Of a stretch of DNA of 64,000 nt, positions 41,950-54,235 are shown piece by piece (position 1 is the stretch's first letter; every line of letters begins with the position of its first letter). The position numbers and the translations under genes are program-made. Under the pieces are notes generated by a model. That model was not told the origin of the DNA, ran no database searches, and was given only the letters and a program-made list of their open reading frames with translations. The DNA is from Phallusia mammillata. Taxonomy: Eukaryota. Where the stretch lies: NCBI GenBank assembly GCA_965637545.1, contig OZ281496.1:27652001-27716000 (forward strand). The letters are read 5' to 3'.

Positions 41950-42170
41950 CTGTTGCCAACCTGACCATTGGTCCAACATGGAAACCTTTTCCACACGACA
42001 CCTATGCCTGTTTGTGGCAAATATTTTCCCACGACTGTTTAAAATACTCCCCGGACGTCTCGTGATTAAAGCTACACATCTTTTGTGATTGAAGGTGAAA
42101 TGTTGTGTGAAATTGAATGACTCTCCCAAAACGCTGTTTTGCAGAAGGTTGGTCGCGCGTAACCGTAAAA
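41950..42170 (-). promoter_or_regulatory. Conserved upstream non-coding block shared by C, B (55020-55265) and A (62820-63000)
   Basis: Shared ATTGGTC (CCAAT on the gene strand), TGTGG(C/T)(A/C)AATAT(T) and GGTC(A/G)CGCGT motifs in the same order. Confidence 0.5.
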
Positions 42171-43223
42171 TCTTAACAAGGTTAACTTTATAACATATTG
42201 AATAGATTGTTGAGACAAATTAAAGCTCCTGTGTTCTGGGGAAAAAATCGGAGCGATTGTATTTTATAAGTCAACATACATATTAAAATGAATAAGGTCG
42301 GTTAGGTATTAATTCGTCAGTATTCGCGTTCGCTGTAGATTGAAGTGACATTGACGTTGGGGGAATTACGGGGTTATGTAAATTTATGAGTACAATTCCC
42401 ATCTGACGATGTTTTTTTAATAACACCAAAAACAGATCTAATAGTTAATTGTGGCTTCGTGATCTAAACATTTAAACGTGTGCAATACGATGTATTGTAT
42501 GCATGCGAACTCTCTGTCAGTTATGTTTCAGACAAAGCAATAGTCTCATTTTTATTTGGTACTCAATATTTATCAAAATTACCACTCATTCTCTCAATCA
42601 TTATATATTGGAAACTTGCGCATCAAACAATTTCATGGAGTTGATTTTACGAGTAACATGATACAAAAATTCACACAAATATGCACAACAAGTGTTGTAT
42701 GCCTTTTCCAAGCCCAATTGACAACGATAACGGGAGTTTTAAAGTCGATTAACATGCGAAAGATGTTTTTAAAACAGCTTTAGACAATAAGGATTATTTA
42801 TGTGAAAACAAAAGTTTGCATGTGCATGATGCGGTCCTAATACCAGGGCAAGTCATTGAAGGATGAAGCCTGGATGCCGTAGTAGAAAAGCTTGTGGTAG
42901 TCACCGAAATTGTTGACATAGCTGTGTTGGTATCTAAAATTGTTCAAGGCAAAATTTGAGGTATGCAGTGACAAAAAAAGCTGTTGTGAGCTAAAATGTT
43001 AGATCAATGTGAACAAAGTATGAAGGTTGTTTGACAGTAAATTGCTTTTTACAAAGATAAATAAACATGTTTTTTGTTTTGTTTACCTGCTGTTGTCTAG
43101 AAGGGCCTTTTGATGCTTTGTGTGTCTTCACGAAGTGGTAATGGATGTGGTTTGTTTGTGAAATAGCGAAGTTTTTTCCGAGTTGTTGTTGGGTTTCTTG
43201 CTTCTTGGTGTTTCGTATTGTTA

Positions 43224-46200
43224 TCAAGCCACAGTGGCAATGTTTACAGACAAATCAAAGCCATGTTTACAACTAACCTTGTACCACTCTTTCAAAAAAC
43301 ACATTTTATTCAGAGTATCTGCGGTGCAAACTAAAAACGCTTTGGTGGGTTAAAAATAGTATTGTTTTTGCATTATTGTGGTTTAATTCACAACTTACCC
43401 ATGGATTTTGCAACTTACCCACGAATTTCTTGCGGGTTCTGTTTTCCGTTGATTGATTTTGTGTGACTTAGCTGGAACTAAATGCCTATAGTGTGTGTTT
43501 GTACGGGTTGTTTCATGTATTTTTGACGTGTGAGTATTGTTGGGTTACTGTTCTTGCATTGGTTTGTACATGTCAGTTTACTATATACTTACAAGTACAG
43601 CTTATGTCGCTGCCAAAATAAGCAGAGTCACAAACACAGGAAAAACGTCCATTCAGGTTAACGCAAGTCGATTGAGGCGAACAGTTGCGATCTCCAGTAA
43701 AACATTCGTCAATATCTATATTAAACACCAAGTCTTGTCATGAAACTATCCTTTTTTGTTATCGTTTATTAAAAATATTAAAGTCATGTTACAACCAATG
43801 TCAAATTGTTGGTTTTCCCAATTATTTATTTTAGGCACTGTGTCCTAAAACTGCTACGCAATATTTAACGTATGTATCACATACAAGTAATATTTGATGT
43901 AAGATGTATGTAAAAGTGCGTGTTTTGAACGACATTTATCCTATAACATCATTAGTTCCTCATGCCTGATAGAATGCTGCTTTATATCAAAAAATAAAAA
44001 AAATATTTCATTTCAAACACTAATTCTCAGGAGATCCATACAAATCAGTATTGTTTATTGTAACATGGATGAGTTAACATGGACATACCTGCGCAAGTCG
44101 TACCCTCTCCCGTGAAGCCACTATTACAAGTGCAAGTGAAACTCCCATCAGTGTTAGTACAAGTGGCCTCGATGTTGCAGTTGTGTAGAGTTGCGTTTTC
44201 GCATTCGTTAATATCTAGAAAGACATAGTTTTAATTTTTATCTACAAAAAGTGCTTTATCGAACTATTCAGCTTTATCGCCCTTTCATGTACCCGTGCAA
44301 ATCTTGGCTCTGTTAACATGGTATCCTGTTGTGCAGTTGCATGTGTGAGATCCAACCTCGTTAATGCACGTCTCAGTATGAAGCCCACATGTTGTTGTGT
44401 TGCCATCGCATTCATTGATATCTGCGTAACAATTGGGTATAGGTCACTTCGTATTGAAGTAAATATTAAATATTTTCTTAATTATGTGTTATGGTTAGTT
44501 GCTATTCGAAATTAGTGTTTAGTTTCAACTTTAAGCGCGTTTTCACTTTGCAAATAAGTTACAGTTATATATTTCATCAGACGTTGTAATCTTTTTTTTT
44601 GCTAAGGAACACTTTTTAGCGGTAACTTACCCACGCAGATAAGAGGGTCGGCAGTTTGGTTCACGTTGTAACCAGTGTCGCATATGCACGTGTAGGAACC
44701 GACGTTGTTAACACAAGTCCCATTTGATCCACATTCGTACCCAAGTTCTACGCATTCATTGAGATCTGTCAAGTGGTAAAAGATTTTGTGAGCTATTAGA
44801 ATTAATTAGATGGAGTCGTTTACGCTATTTTGTTTCCACAAAACACGCAGTTTGTAACGTTGTCTTACCTGTACAAGTAACACCGTCTCCACTAAACCCA
44901 GCATTACAAGTACACACAAAACTTCCACTGTTATCTGTGCAAGTGGCGTTCACGTGACAGTTGTTCAATGTGCTGTTTCCGCATTGGTCAACTTCAACGG
45001 TGAAGTTGAATGTCACATTGGCTGATGTTGGCATGAGGCATGATACTGGGTAGGTTAGGATTGTTCCAAAGACAAATGTAGCTCTTGGATCATCGTTGGT
45101 CAAGTTCCATTTGATGGAGATGTGTGTCGAGTTTGCCTGAAACATAAAGCATGGTTTAATCTTAAATTAATCTGTGTTTTTCGTGTTGCAATGTATTGTT
45201 AATAATATCGATTTCTCCGATTTAATGGCATCATCAGTTCTTATTCAAATAGAATTAAGGTAGTCTGAAAGCTTCAGTTTACAATGTTTTTCTGTAACTT
45301 GAATCATCTGTATTGAGCGCACGTTGGTGCAGGACGATTTCTGTAAAAGCACCGCGAGTTTACATAAGAATAAAAACGCGTTGTTATATTTTTTCATGCT
45401 AGTTTTGCGATGATGCTGATTTTGCCTTCTGTAAGGCGTATGCTACTTTAGTAAAAGTCGCTCGCCGGACTTCAATAATTTAATGAACATTGAAATCCAA
45501 CGCATGATATTTATAAAAATATTTTTTAACTTACATCAGTGATTCCGTCGCAACTTCCGCCAAACTTCCAGTAACCAGATCCATCATCAGTTCCACTGCA
45601 TGGTCCTAATGTTAATGCGCTAACGTTGGTAACACTGCTGTTTGCAAAGAAACTGCTTAGTGCCCAAACTTCCACATGATCGGAGAAGCAAGTAAAGTTG
45701 ACTGGCTGAGCTGTAAGAAAAAATACGTGGCAAATAGTTTGTTTTTTTCATTGGATTTATGTAGACACACGATTGTTTATAGTTTTTGGTAAACTTTCAT
45801 AGATTAAATTGACGAATTATCAGCTTTTTATTAATCATCTTTTTTCGTATGGATGATAAGTTTTTCTATTTCACATTTTTGTTTGTGTATGAACGTATGT
45901 GTTGCTTTCTTTCTTTATCAATAGTCAAATACGTCAAAAATTAAACTTACTGCAAATAGTTCCGTTAATTCCACTTGTTGATTGATCGGCGAAGGATGTT
46001 GGACATTCGCAGATGAAACTTCCGTTCGTGTTGGTGCAAGTTGCTGACACAGAGCAGTTGCCGTAGTTGCCGTGCGTGCACTCGTCGAAATCTTTACATG
46101 AAACCAATAATATAAGACCAGACTTGACGGATTCCCCTATTGTCAACCTTCTTTAGGGTTGCGCACTTTGTCGTTTAACACCTTTAAAGGTTAAATCGAA

Positions 46201-49200
46201 GATCTGAATAAACGATAATATGTTTTCATAATGCGTAAACCTATCCTAGTGTTTGATTTTATATCCAAACGCACCCCGGTTAAATGAGACTTTATGCTCT
46301 AGTTGTCTATTTTTATCGGTCCTTACCGTCACCAGTAAGCATTCCGCCGTCAATCATGATTGCCGATCCTGTATGACTTCTTAGCAGAACCGTGAATTCG
46401 TCCGCAGAATGGGAAGTTAGATTGAAAGCAAATGCGACGATGATCATACTCGGTGTGCCCATTGTCACTCGTTCTACCGTAACGCCAAGGGTTTGGAAGT
46501 ACAGGGAGGTGTCGTTCACAATTTCGCCAATGAAATCTTCCAGCTGAAGAAATAAATCAGGATAAAAAATCGTAGGATAAAAAGCAGAATAAAAATCCCA
46601 ATTGAATTCCAATGACGTTTGTGTGATTTTGAGTTACCAACAATTTGTTGGCTTGGTTTACTGTACTATACTCGCAACAGTTGGCAGAACTCACCATGTT
46701 TTCGATATCCATAATTGACGATGTCACAGATGTTGTAACCGAAATTATTGCACGGTAATGATATTCGTGTTGCGATGCTAAAAATAATAAGAAACTTGTT
46801 CATCAAAAATAAACCCCTGCTGTATGTTACCATTCTAATATTTCGCATTGTTTTATGGTCCAACTTAGAAGTTTACCTACTCAATTTGATTCATCAATAT
46901 CACACACTAATTTATGTTACGTAACCCGTAATGTGGGCTATGTATATAACACCACTGAAATGGGTAGAAAATTGCCCAAAAGTTATTATTTTTTTCATTT
47001 CAAATAAATGCGCAAGCAAATAATTTTTTCGATGTAAATACCCTGGCAGAAAGTTCCGTTTCCAGTAAATCCGTTGTTACATGCACACGTGAAGCTTCCA
47101 GGGTTGTTGGTGCATGTTGCGTTGGCATGACAACCGGGAGCTCCAACGCATTCGTCAATATCTGTTAAAAATGGAACATATATTACGGCATTAGTAAGGG
47201 TTACCTGGAGTCATTGCTCGATTGGTATGTACAAAAAGTAGTCACTATCGCGCCATATCTGGGAAAAAATGTTGGTTCTGATAGATGCTTCTTTACCTGT
47301 ACAAGTCATTCCGTCGCCCGTAAAGCCTGCGTTACAGGCGCATGTGAAACCCCCATTGATATTGTTGCAGAGTCCAACTCCACTACATGTGTCGGTACCG
47401 TCAGCACATTCATTAACATCTGTATCAACAAATACAATTCCACTCATTGTGCAGTTCTTTTACGACTAACATATATATGTTTGGTGTATTAGGAATATTG
47501 CAATAAACTTGAAGTCCAATATGCCGTATCTACAACAGCATATACATATTAACTCTGTTTATTCTCATGTCACTTTATACCTGTACAACGAGTACCGTTC
47601 CCTGTATAACCTGCGTTACAAGTACAGATGAAGCTGCCTATAAAGTTTGTGCAGCTTGCCTCAGTTGCACAATCGCCGGTTCCGATAAAGCATTCATCGA
47701 TATCTGAAGCAACATACACTTTATTACACACATATTTTAGCAATATGTTGGTGATTAGACATCCATCAGAAGTTGGAAAGTAACGCTAGGGGGCAGCTTA
47801 AGTTTCTATCAGTGTGCGTTACTGATGATAAGTCTAATTGTTCTTCAAAAGTTAAATGTTATTGCATTTTTGTCCAGGTTATTAAATGTTATTGCATTTT
47901 TGTCCAGGTTATATAGATGATAAATATGAAATCATTTGGCTTCATTACCTTTCTTCTCTTTTCATAGGTTTTTGCATCAAGTTGGAGAAAATTTACTCAC
48001 CGACACAAGTAATTGGTTCAGATGTTTCGTTCACGTTGTAACCGGTGTCACAAATACAAGTGTAGGAACCGACGTTGTTAACACAAGTCCCACTGGATCC
48101 ACAATCGTACCCAAGTTCCACGCATTCATCGAGGTCTGCCGAGTGGTAAAAATGGTATGTAACGATTTTGTTTACTTATCATTGCCAATTTACATGTGTA
48201 AGTTACCAAATAACTCTAACACTGTTCACTTGGGTGCTATCCTTAACCTGGACTTATCTTAAGCTGATTTTTGAGTATATGCTACATTTTTTTATCATAC
48301 ACCCAGCAGCACATAAGGCCACCTTTGGAGTTACCTATGCATGTCACACCGTCCCCACTAAATCCCACATTACAAGTGCAAGTAAAATCTCCTTCGCTGT
48401 CTGTGCAAGTAGCGTTGGCGTGACAGTTGTTTAAGGTACTGTTTCCGCATTCGTTAGAATCTGAATGAAAAGCACAAGGTTGGCAAAAATACTTCAGTCA
48501 ACTGCTTATATCAACTTACTTGTGCACACTTTCGCTGAGTTAAGTTGATAGCCTGCTGTGCAGTTACATGTGTAAGATCCAATCTGGTTGGTGCATGATT
48601 CGGTTTCAGGTCCACATACTGTTGTGTTTCCATCGCACTCGTCTATATCTGAGAAGAAATATGGGTTCTGTGCAAACTGGTTAGTTTCAAAGTTCTTTTT
48701 GTCTGATACTGACGTTGATTTTGCATTAAAAAAGGCGCCGAAACGAGAGTGGCGATTCTGACACACTTTGGGGTCTATTTGTCGCTTCGTTTAATAATAT
48801 ACCTGACAGAAACGTAATTTTTAGGTGTGTTCTATTATTATACCGCAAACAGTTCCATTAAGTCCATGTGTTGAGTGATCTGTTGCCGGGTCTTGGCACA
48901 TACAGAAAAACGAACCATTCGTATTTGTGCAAGTTGCAAGCGAGGAACAGTTGCCGTAGTTGGTCAAGCATTCATTGTAATCTAGTAAAATAAACATAAA
49001 ATACTTTTTTTCCGCAGTATTAATGTTTAACATAAAAAATTTCCTCATTTCCTAACAGCAGTCAGTTAAACCACATGCACCATTTGTGAAAATTTGTCAA
49101 ATTTTATTCAACACATTTAACAACTTACCAGCACCAATAAGTGTTGCGACGTCAATCAGTATGCCCGATGCTGTGTGATTTGTGAGCAGAACGGTAAATT

Positions 49201-52200
49201 CGTTCGCTGAGTGTGAGGTGTTATTGAATGCAAGTAGTGCGATGATTTCACTTGTTGTCCCCATTGTCACACGTTCAACGGTGGCGACAAGAGTTTGGTA
49301 AAACAGGGAGGTGTCGTTCACAATGTCGGCAATGAAATCTTCCAACTAAAAGCAAAAGCATTTTTTATCCCCTTTTCACCATTTGCCTTTGCGATGTTGA
49401 TCGTTACGCTTTTTGGTCCATTTCCGAATTTTGAGAAATTTTACAAAGTGCTTATAGATGTAAACTAATACAAAGTTTTAATAAACAGTGTCTTTTTGGT
49501 GATTTGAAAAAAAATGAGATTTTTTTTATATAGCCACCCCTTGGATCATGTTTGCGCCCCTGAAGCTTACGCTTCCCTGCATGATAATTGGTGTAATGAA
49601 GGGATCGTTTTGTCGAGTTATCACAATTGTGGTTTTATTGCAATTATTCATGCACAAATATACTTGAAATGCGACACTTACCGCATTTTTAATGACGACG
49701 TTAGATGAAGTCACAGCTGTTGCAACAAAGAAAACTGAGCGATATTCATACTTCAGTCGCCGGGCTAAAAACAAAGGGTATTTGTGTCATATCACTGCAT
49801 GCTTAATGTTTCGTTCTTTTGTGTAGTTTTTCTTTAACAGGAATAAACAGCAGTCTAAACTGTTCTATAACCAAGTGGTTTTATCTGCAATAAACACTAA
49901 CCATGACAAAACGTGCCGTTTCCGACAAAACCGTTGGTACAAGAACACTCGAAGCTTCCAGGGTTGTTGGTGCATGTTGCATTGCCATGACAACCACTTA
50001 TTCCAGCGCATTCGTTAATATCTGTTAAAGTGGAAGTATGGGGAAGTAGGGTGTTCAGTGCCCCAATAAATGCTTAATGAATCATTTTATCTCTAACATT
50101 TGATTGAGGCGGTCCTAAAGCAATGTCTTTGCGTCAGTTTTAATGTTTTTTTGCTTACCCGTGCAAGTCAAGCCATTGCCCGTGTAGCCAGTGTTGCAAG
50201 CGCATGTGAAACCCCCAGGTGTGTTGTTGCACATTGCATTCGTATCACAAGAGTGAGCTCCAGTCATGCATTCATCGATGTCTGAGTAATATACAAATCG
50301 TTACTTAGACTTCAGAAAAAAAGGAAAATATTTTACAGTAAAGTCTTATCATAGCTTTGTCAACTTTATTACCGAATGGAATGAAAGGGGCGACAGAAGC
50401 CAAATCGCACAACTTTACTGTTAAAGCAACAATCCTTGTTAAGCAACAAATACTTCTGTAGCTTAACCGTAACATGTCTGAAACTGAATTTCGCGACATA
50501 TTCTACATTTTTTTTATCATACAGCACATAAGGCCACCTTTGGAACTACCTGTGCATGTCACACCGGCCCCAGTAAATCCCACATTACAAGTGCAAGTAA
50601 AATCTCCTTGGGTGTCTGTGCAAGTGGCGTTGACGTGACAGTTGTTTAAGGTACTGTTTCCGCATTCGTTAATATCTGAATGAAAAGCACAAGGTTGGCA
50701 AAAATACTTCGGTCAACTGCTTATATCAAACTTACTTGTGCAAATTTTTGCTGAGTTAAGTTGGTAACCAGTAGTGCAGTTACATGTGTAAGATCCAATT
50801 TCGTTAAAGCATGATTCGGTTTGAGGTCCGCATACTGTTGTGTTTCCATCGCATTCGTCGATGTCTGAAAACAAAAGAGTTTTTTTATTGTTGTAATTTC
50901 TCTACTTGAATCAATGTCTGTTGTTTGGAGCTTGAAACAAACGACGCGTATAGTTGAACGGACGACTTAGGCTTGTTGTGAGTGAAAATATATATATCTA
51001 AATAAGTCTCTGCTACAAAGAACTGTTTTTCACACTGGTAAACAGAAATAATAAGATGAGTTTCATATATGTTTATATTTGGATGCAATTGTATTTTGTC
51101 CTGTTGCTGTTTGTTAAATTGGGACTAATAGTTGTAGGAAGGTACATTCAGCTTTGTGTGTTCATGAATCGCTTTTAGAGCGTTTTGCTGTTGCGTCACC
51201 GATAAATGCTATTTTTGCGCTTCCCCATGTAAGTAAGAGGAAACTGGCTATATGTCTGTAGTTCAAATTAAGTCTGACAACTGGTAAATGCTTCACGCAT
51301 GTCGTATGTTATGCTATTAATTCTACCGCAAATCGTTCCGTTTTCTCCTTCGGGCGACAAGTCTATTGCTGGGTCTTGGCACGTGCAGAAAAAGGAACCG
51401 TTTGTGTTGTTGCAAGATGCTAACGACGAGCAGTTTCCATGATTGACTAAACATTCGTCAATATCTAAAGAATAAAACAACAACAAAATATCATGCAATG
51501 CATGCGCTGGGATTCAAACCTTGGCCTTGTATTTGCTCGCATTTTATTTTTAAAGAAAACTCAAACGAGAATGTAGATTCAAATTATTACCTTATGCCTT
51601 TTTAAGAATTAATTAGTTGTAGTTGTATTGTATTTTTAGTTGTTTACCTTCACAAGTAAACGGGTCCACTGTCGTGGTTTGTTTGTAACCTTCGTCACAT
51701 ATACATGTATATGTTCCCAAGCTATTAACACAAGTTCCGTTTGGCCCACAGTTGTATCCAAATTCCACACACTCGTTAAGATCTAAAATAAATGTCGTGA
51801 AATCTGTTTTGATATCAATGGGAAGTGTCACAATAAATGCTTGATGAACCATTTTATCTCTCACATTTAATTGAGGCGGTCCTAAAGCAACGTCTTTGCG
51901 TCAGTTCTAATGTTTTTGTTTTGCTTACCTGTGCAAGTCATGCCATTACCGGTGTAGCCAGTGTTGCAAGCGCATGTGAAACTCTCAGGTGTGTTGGTGC
52001 ACATTGCGTTCGTATCACAAGAGTGAACTCCAGTCATGCATTCATCAGTGTCTGAATAATTTACAAATCGATGCTTAGATTACAGACAAACCTTAAAAGT
52101 ATTTTAGAGTAAAATCTTCATAGCTTTGATTTTTTAAACTTTATTACCATCTTGAAAAGAATAGATTAAAAAGAAATAAAACAAGTGGCTTATCGATGCC

Positions 52201-54096
52201 GCTTGTTAACCAAACATGTATGATCTACTTACCAACACATGTCAATGGGTCCATGGTTCCGTTCACTTGGTAACCGGTGTCACAAGTACAAGTGTAAGAA
52301 CCGACGTTGTCGACGCAAGTTCCGTTTGGGCCACAATCGTAGCCGAAATCTGTGCACTCATTAAAATCTGTAGAATTGTTTTGCGTTAATTCAAAGTTTG
52401 AATCAACACATTTGATTTTTAAAATAGTTTTACTGAAACCAATTAAACCGAAACGCACAAAAAGTTTGCAACCGAATTTAATATGCGCTTTTTACATGAA
52501 ATAATAGAAACAGATAAAAAAGAAAGAAACTAACAACAAACGCATAGCGGTATAAGTTGTTTAAAGAATACGTACAATTATTTTACCAGTTTTGTCAAAA
52601 GAAGAATATGATATGTATGTGATGCCCTGGTGTACAAACGGTTATGTTTGATGAACACCACTTTGTTGCTTATTTAAACGTTTTTCCGGTGTTTGAAACG
52701 TTGTTTGGTTTATGAAATTCTAGGTAATGGCCTATCTTGATTCGTTTCTACGTTTCAGTAGTTCCAAATCTGTGGCATTTAAGTTTTCTTTCCTTCTTTT
52801 CCCGCTGGCCCTTTGTTCAACAATGGCAAAGCAAACTACTGTTGTTGATTTTTAGCCTTACTTCCACATGACAATCCATCCCCAGTGAATCCAACATCGC
52901 AAGCACAAGTGAAAGATGGGTCGGTGTTAGTACAAGTAGCATTGGCGTGACAGTTGTTCAATGTTGCGTTGGCGCATTCGTTAATGTCTACAATGACAAA
53001 AGCCATCAGTTCATGAATTGTGTAAACAAAAGTGGCAAACGCCCTACTTACCAACGCAAACCTTAGCTGAATCAAGTTCGTAACCCGAGTAACAGGTGCA
53101 TGTGTAAGTTCCAGGAGAGTTGGTGCATGAAGCAGTTTGCGGGCCGCATACTGTAGCGTTTCTAACGCATTCGTCAATATCTGGAAAATATTATCAAGAG
53201 AAATACGCGTAACAATTAATTCATGAAATGTTTCTCGTACCCGTGCATGTTGTTCCTGATGGCACGAGTGCAGTGGTAAACGTGGTTGTGCTCATGTCGT
53301 CAAAACCAGAATTACATGTGCATTGTACCATTGAGGTATCAAAATTGGTGCATGTGGAGTCGTTGGCGCAAGGGTGGAGTGTCGTAGAGCAAACGTCGGT
53401 CACTGTAATAATTTCGTTTTGGATTATTATACGGGCTCAAACAGTAGTAAAAGGCGACATGCTAAATGATTTATATAACTAAGTCATTGCTCCTATCACA
53501 TTCTTCCTTAGCACGAGATGACTGCACAATATCTTGCAATTTTTATTGAATATAGGTTCAGAGTGAAAAATGTTTTGATTTCACTTAAGCAAAAAAAGAT
53601 ACTTACAGTTTTTGGCGTTACCACCAGCCAGTATGGCGCCCAGCGCATTCATGGCGATTGTAGAGTTTACGTAGGTTACAGTTTCAACAGTTTCGGTCGT
53701 AATGTTTCCTCCGAGACCATCCGATACGCTTCGTGTGAGATTGTACACAACGATAACTGTAAAAAATAATTGCGATGAAGTGAAGTGGATTCAACAAAAG
53801 CACAGCATTTCGGTTGTTGTATTTTAAACGATAGTCTTTTGCAGATTCTGATCCGAATCGATTGGAACGTTCAGTTTTAGATCGCAAACATTTGCGCTTC
53901 AAAACTAGTTAATATATAACAAAGCATTTTATAACTCAAACTTACTTCAGGTGTTATTTACATAAAACTGCATTCGCATGTAGCAATTAGGAAAAAATAC
54001 AAAAACATGCTTACCCGCATTTGTGTCAATTGTCTGAGCTGAGACGCAGCTAATCAAGGTCGCAGCGAATAAGGCGAGAAAAATCGTTGACTTCAT
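43224..54096 (-). CDS. Paralog B: signal peptide + head + 24 EGF-like + 2 SEA-like + ZP-N-like; last exons uncertain
   Basis: Exons 54015-54096 ([27 protein letters not shown]), 53607-53756, 53241-53402, 53052-53180, 52862-52987, 52233-52367, 51929-52051, 51648-51782, 51327-51464, 50736-50864, 50550-50675, 50159-50281, 49902-50021, 49682-49764, 49129-49345, 48844-48981, 48520-48648, 48335-48460, 48001-48135, 47581-47703, 47297-47419, 47042-47161, 46695-46777, 46327-46543, 45951-46091, 45535-45710, 44869-45136, 44631-44765, 44293-44421, 44089-44214, 43593-43715; frame continuous. Candidate last exon 43224-43330 is tentative. Confidence 0.85.
44990..45710 (-). other. ZP-N-like domain in B
   Basis: [58 protein letters not shown]|[36 protein letters not shown]: four Cys with ZP-N-like spacing, ~100 aa; assigned by eye. 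Confidence 0.6.
46327..46777 (-). other. SEA-like domain 2 in B
   Basis: 83-nt + 217-nt exon pair ([17 protein letters not shown]...[41 protein letters not shown]). Confidence 0.6.
47852..47911. repeat. 30-bp perfect tandem duplication in a B intron
   Basis: TTAAATGTTATTGCATTTTTGTCCAGGTTA x2. Confidence 0.95.
48288..50870 (-). repeat. Internal duplication in B: 48288-48655 matches 50510-50870
   Basis: Two EGF exons, their 59-60-nt intron and the flanks are nearly identical. Also 50080-50340 matches 51835-52110. Confidence 0.9.
49129..49764 (-). other. SEA-like domain 1 in B
   Basis: 83-nt + 217-nt exon pair homologous to A ([16 protein letters not shown]...[41 protein letters not shown]). 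Confidence 0.6.
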
Positions 54097-54235
54097 AATC
54101 TTTGTTGAGCTTTTGTTTGTTGTGTGTCAGTTTCATTTAGAGAAAATGTTCGAGCTTAGTTGAGCTTTTAGCGTTAACAGCTCTCTGGATTAAAGAGGAG
54201 CACTGGCAAAAAAATACTGCGTTAACTATGTAGAT

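Larger units (their letters stand above)
37060..44500 (-). repeat. Segmental duplication of the 3' ends of C (~37060-38900) and B (~42540-44500)
   Basis: Shared last three EGF exons, long near-identical intron stretches and downstream sequence (e.g. GAAGCCTGGATG..GTAGTAGAAAA, TTTTCCAAGCCCAATTGA). Confidence 0.88.

Noticed and set aside
47820-47850. CTGATGA motifs at ~47822, ~45590 and CTGACGA at ~25430
   Set aside because: No downstream stem II-GAAA; the 45590 instance is coding sequence (TDDG).
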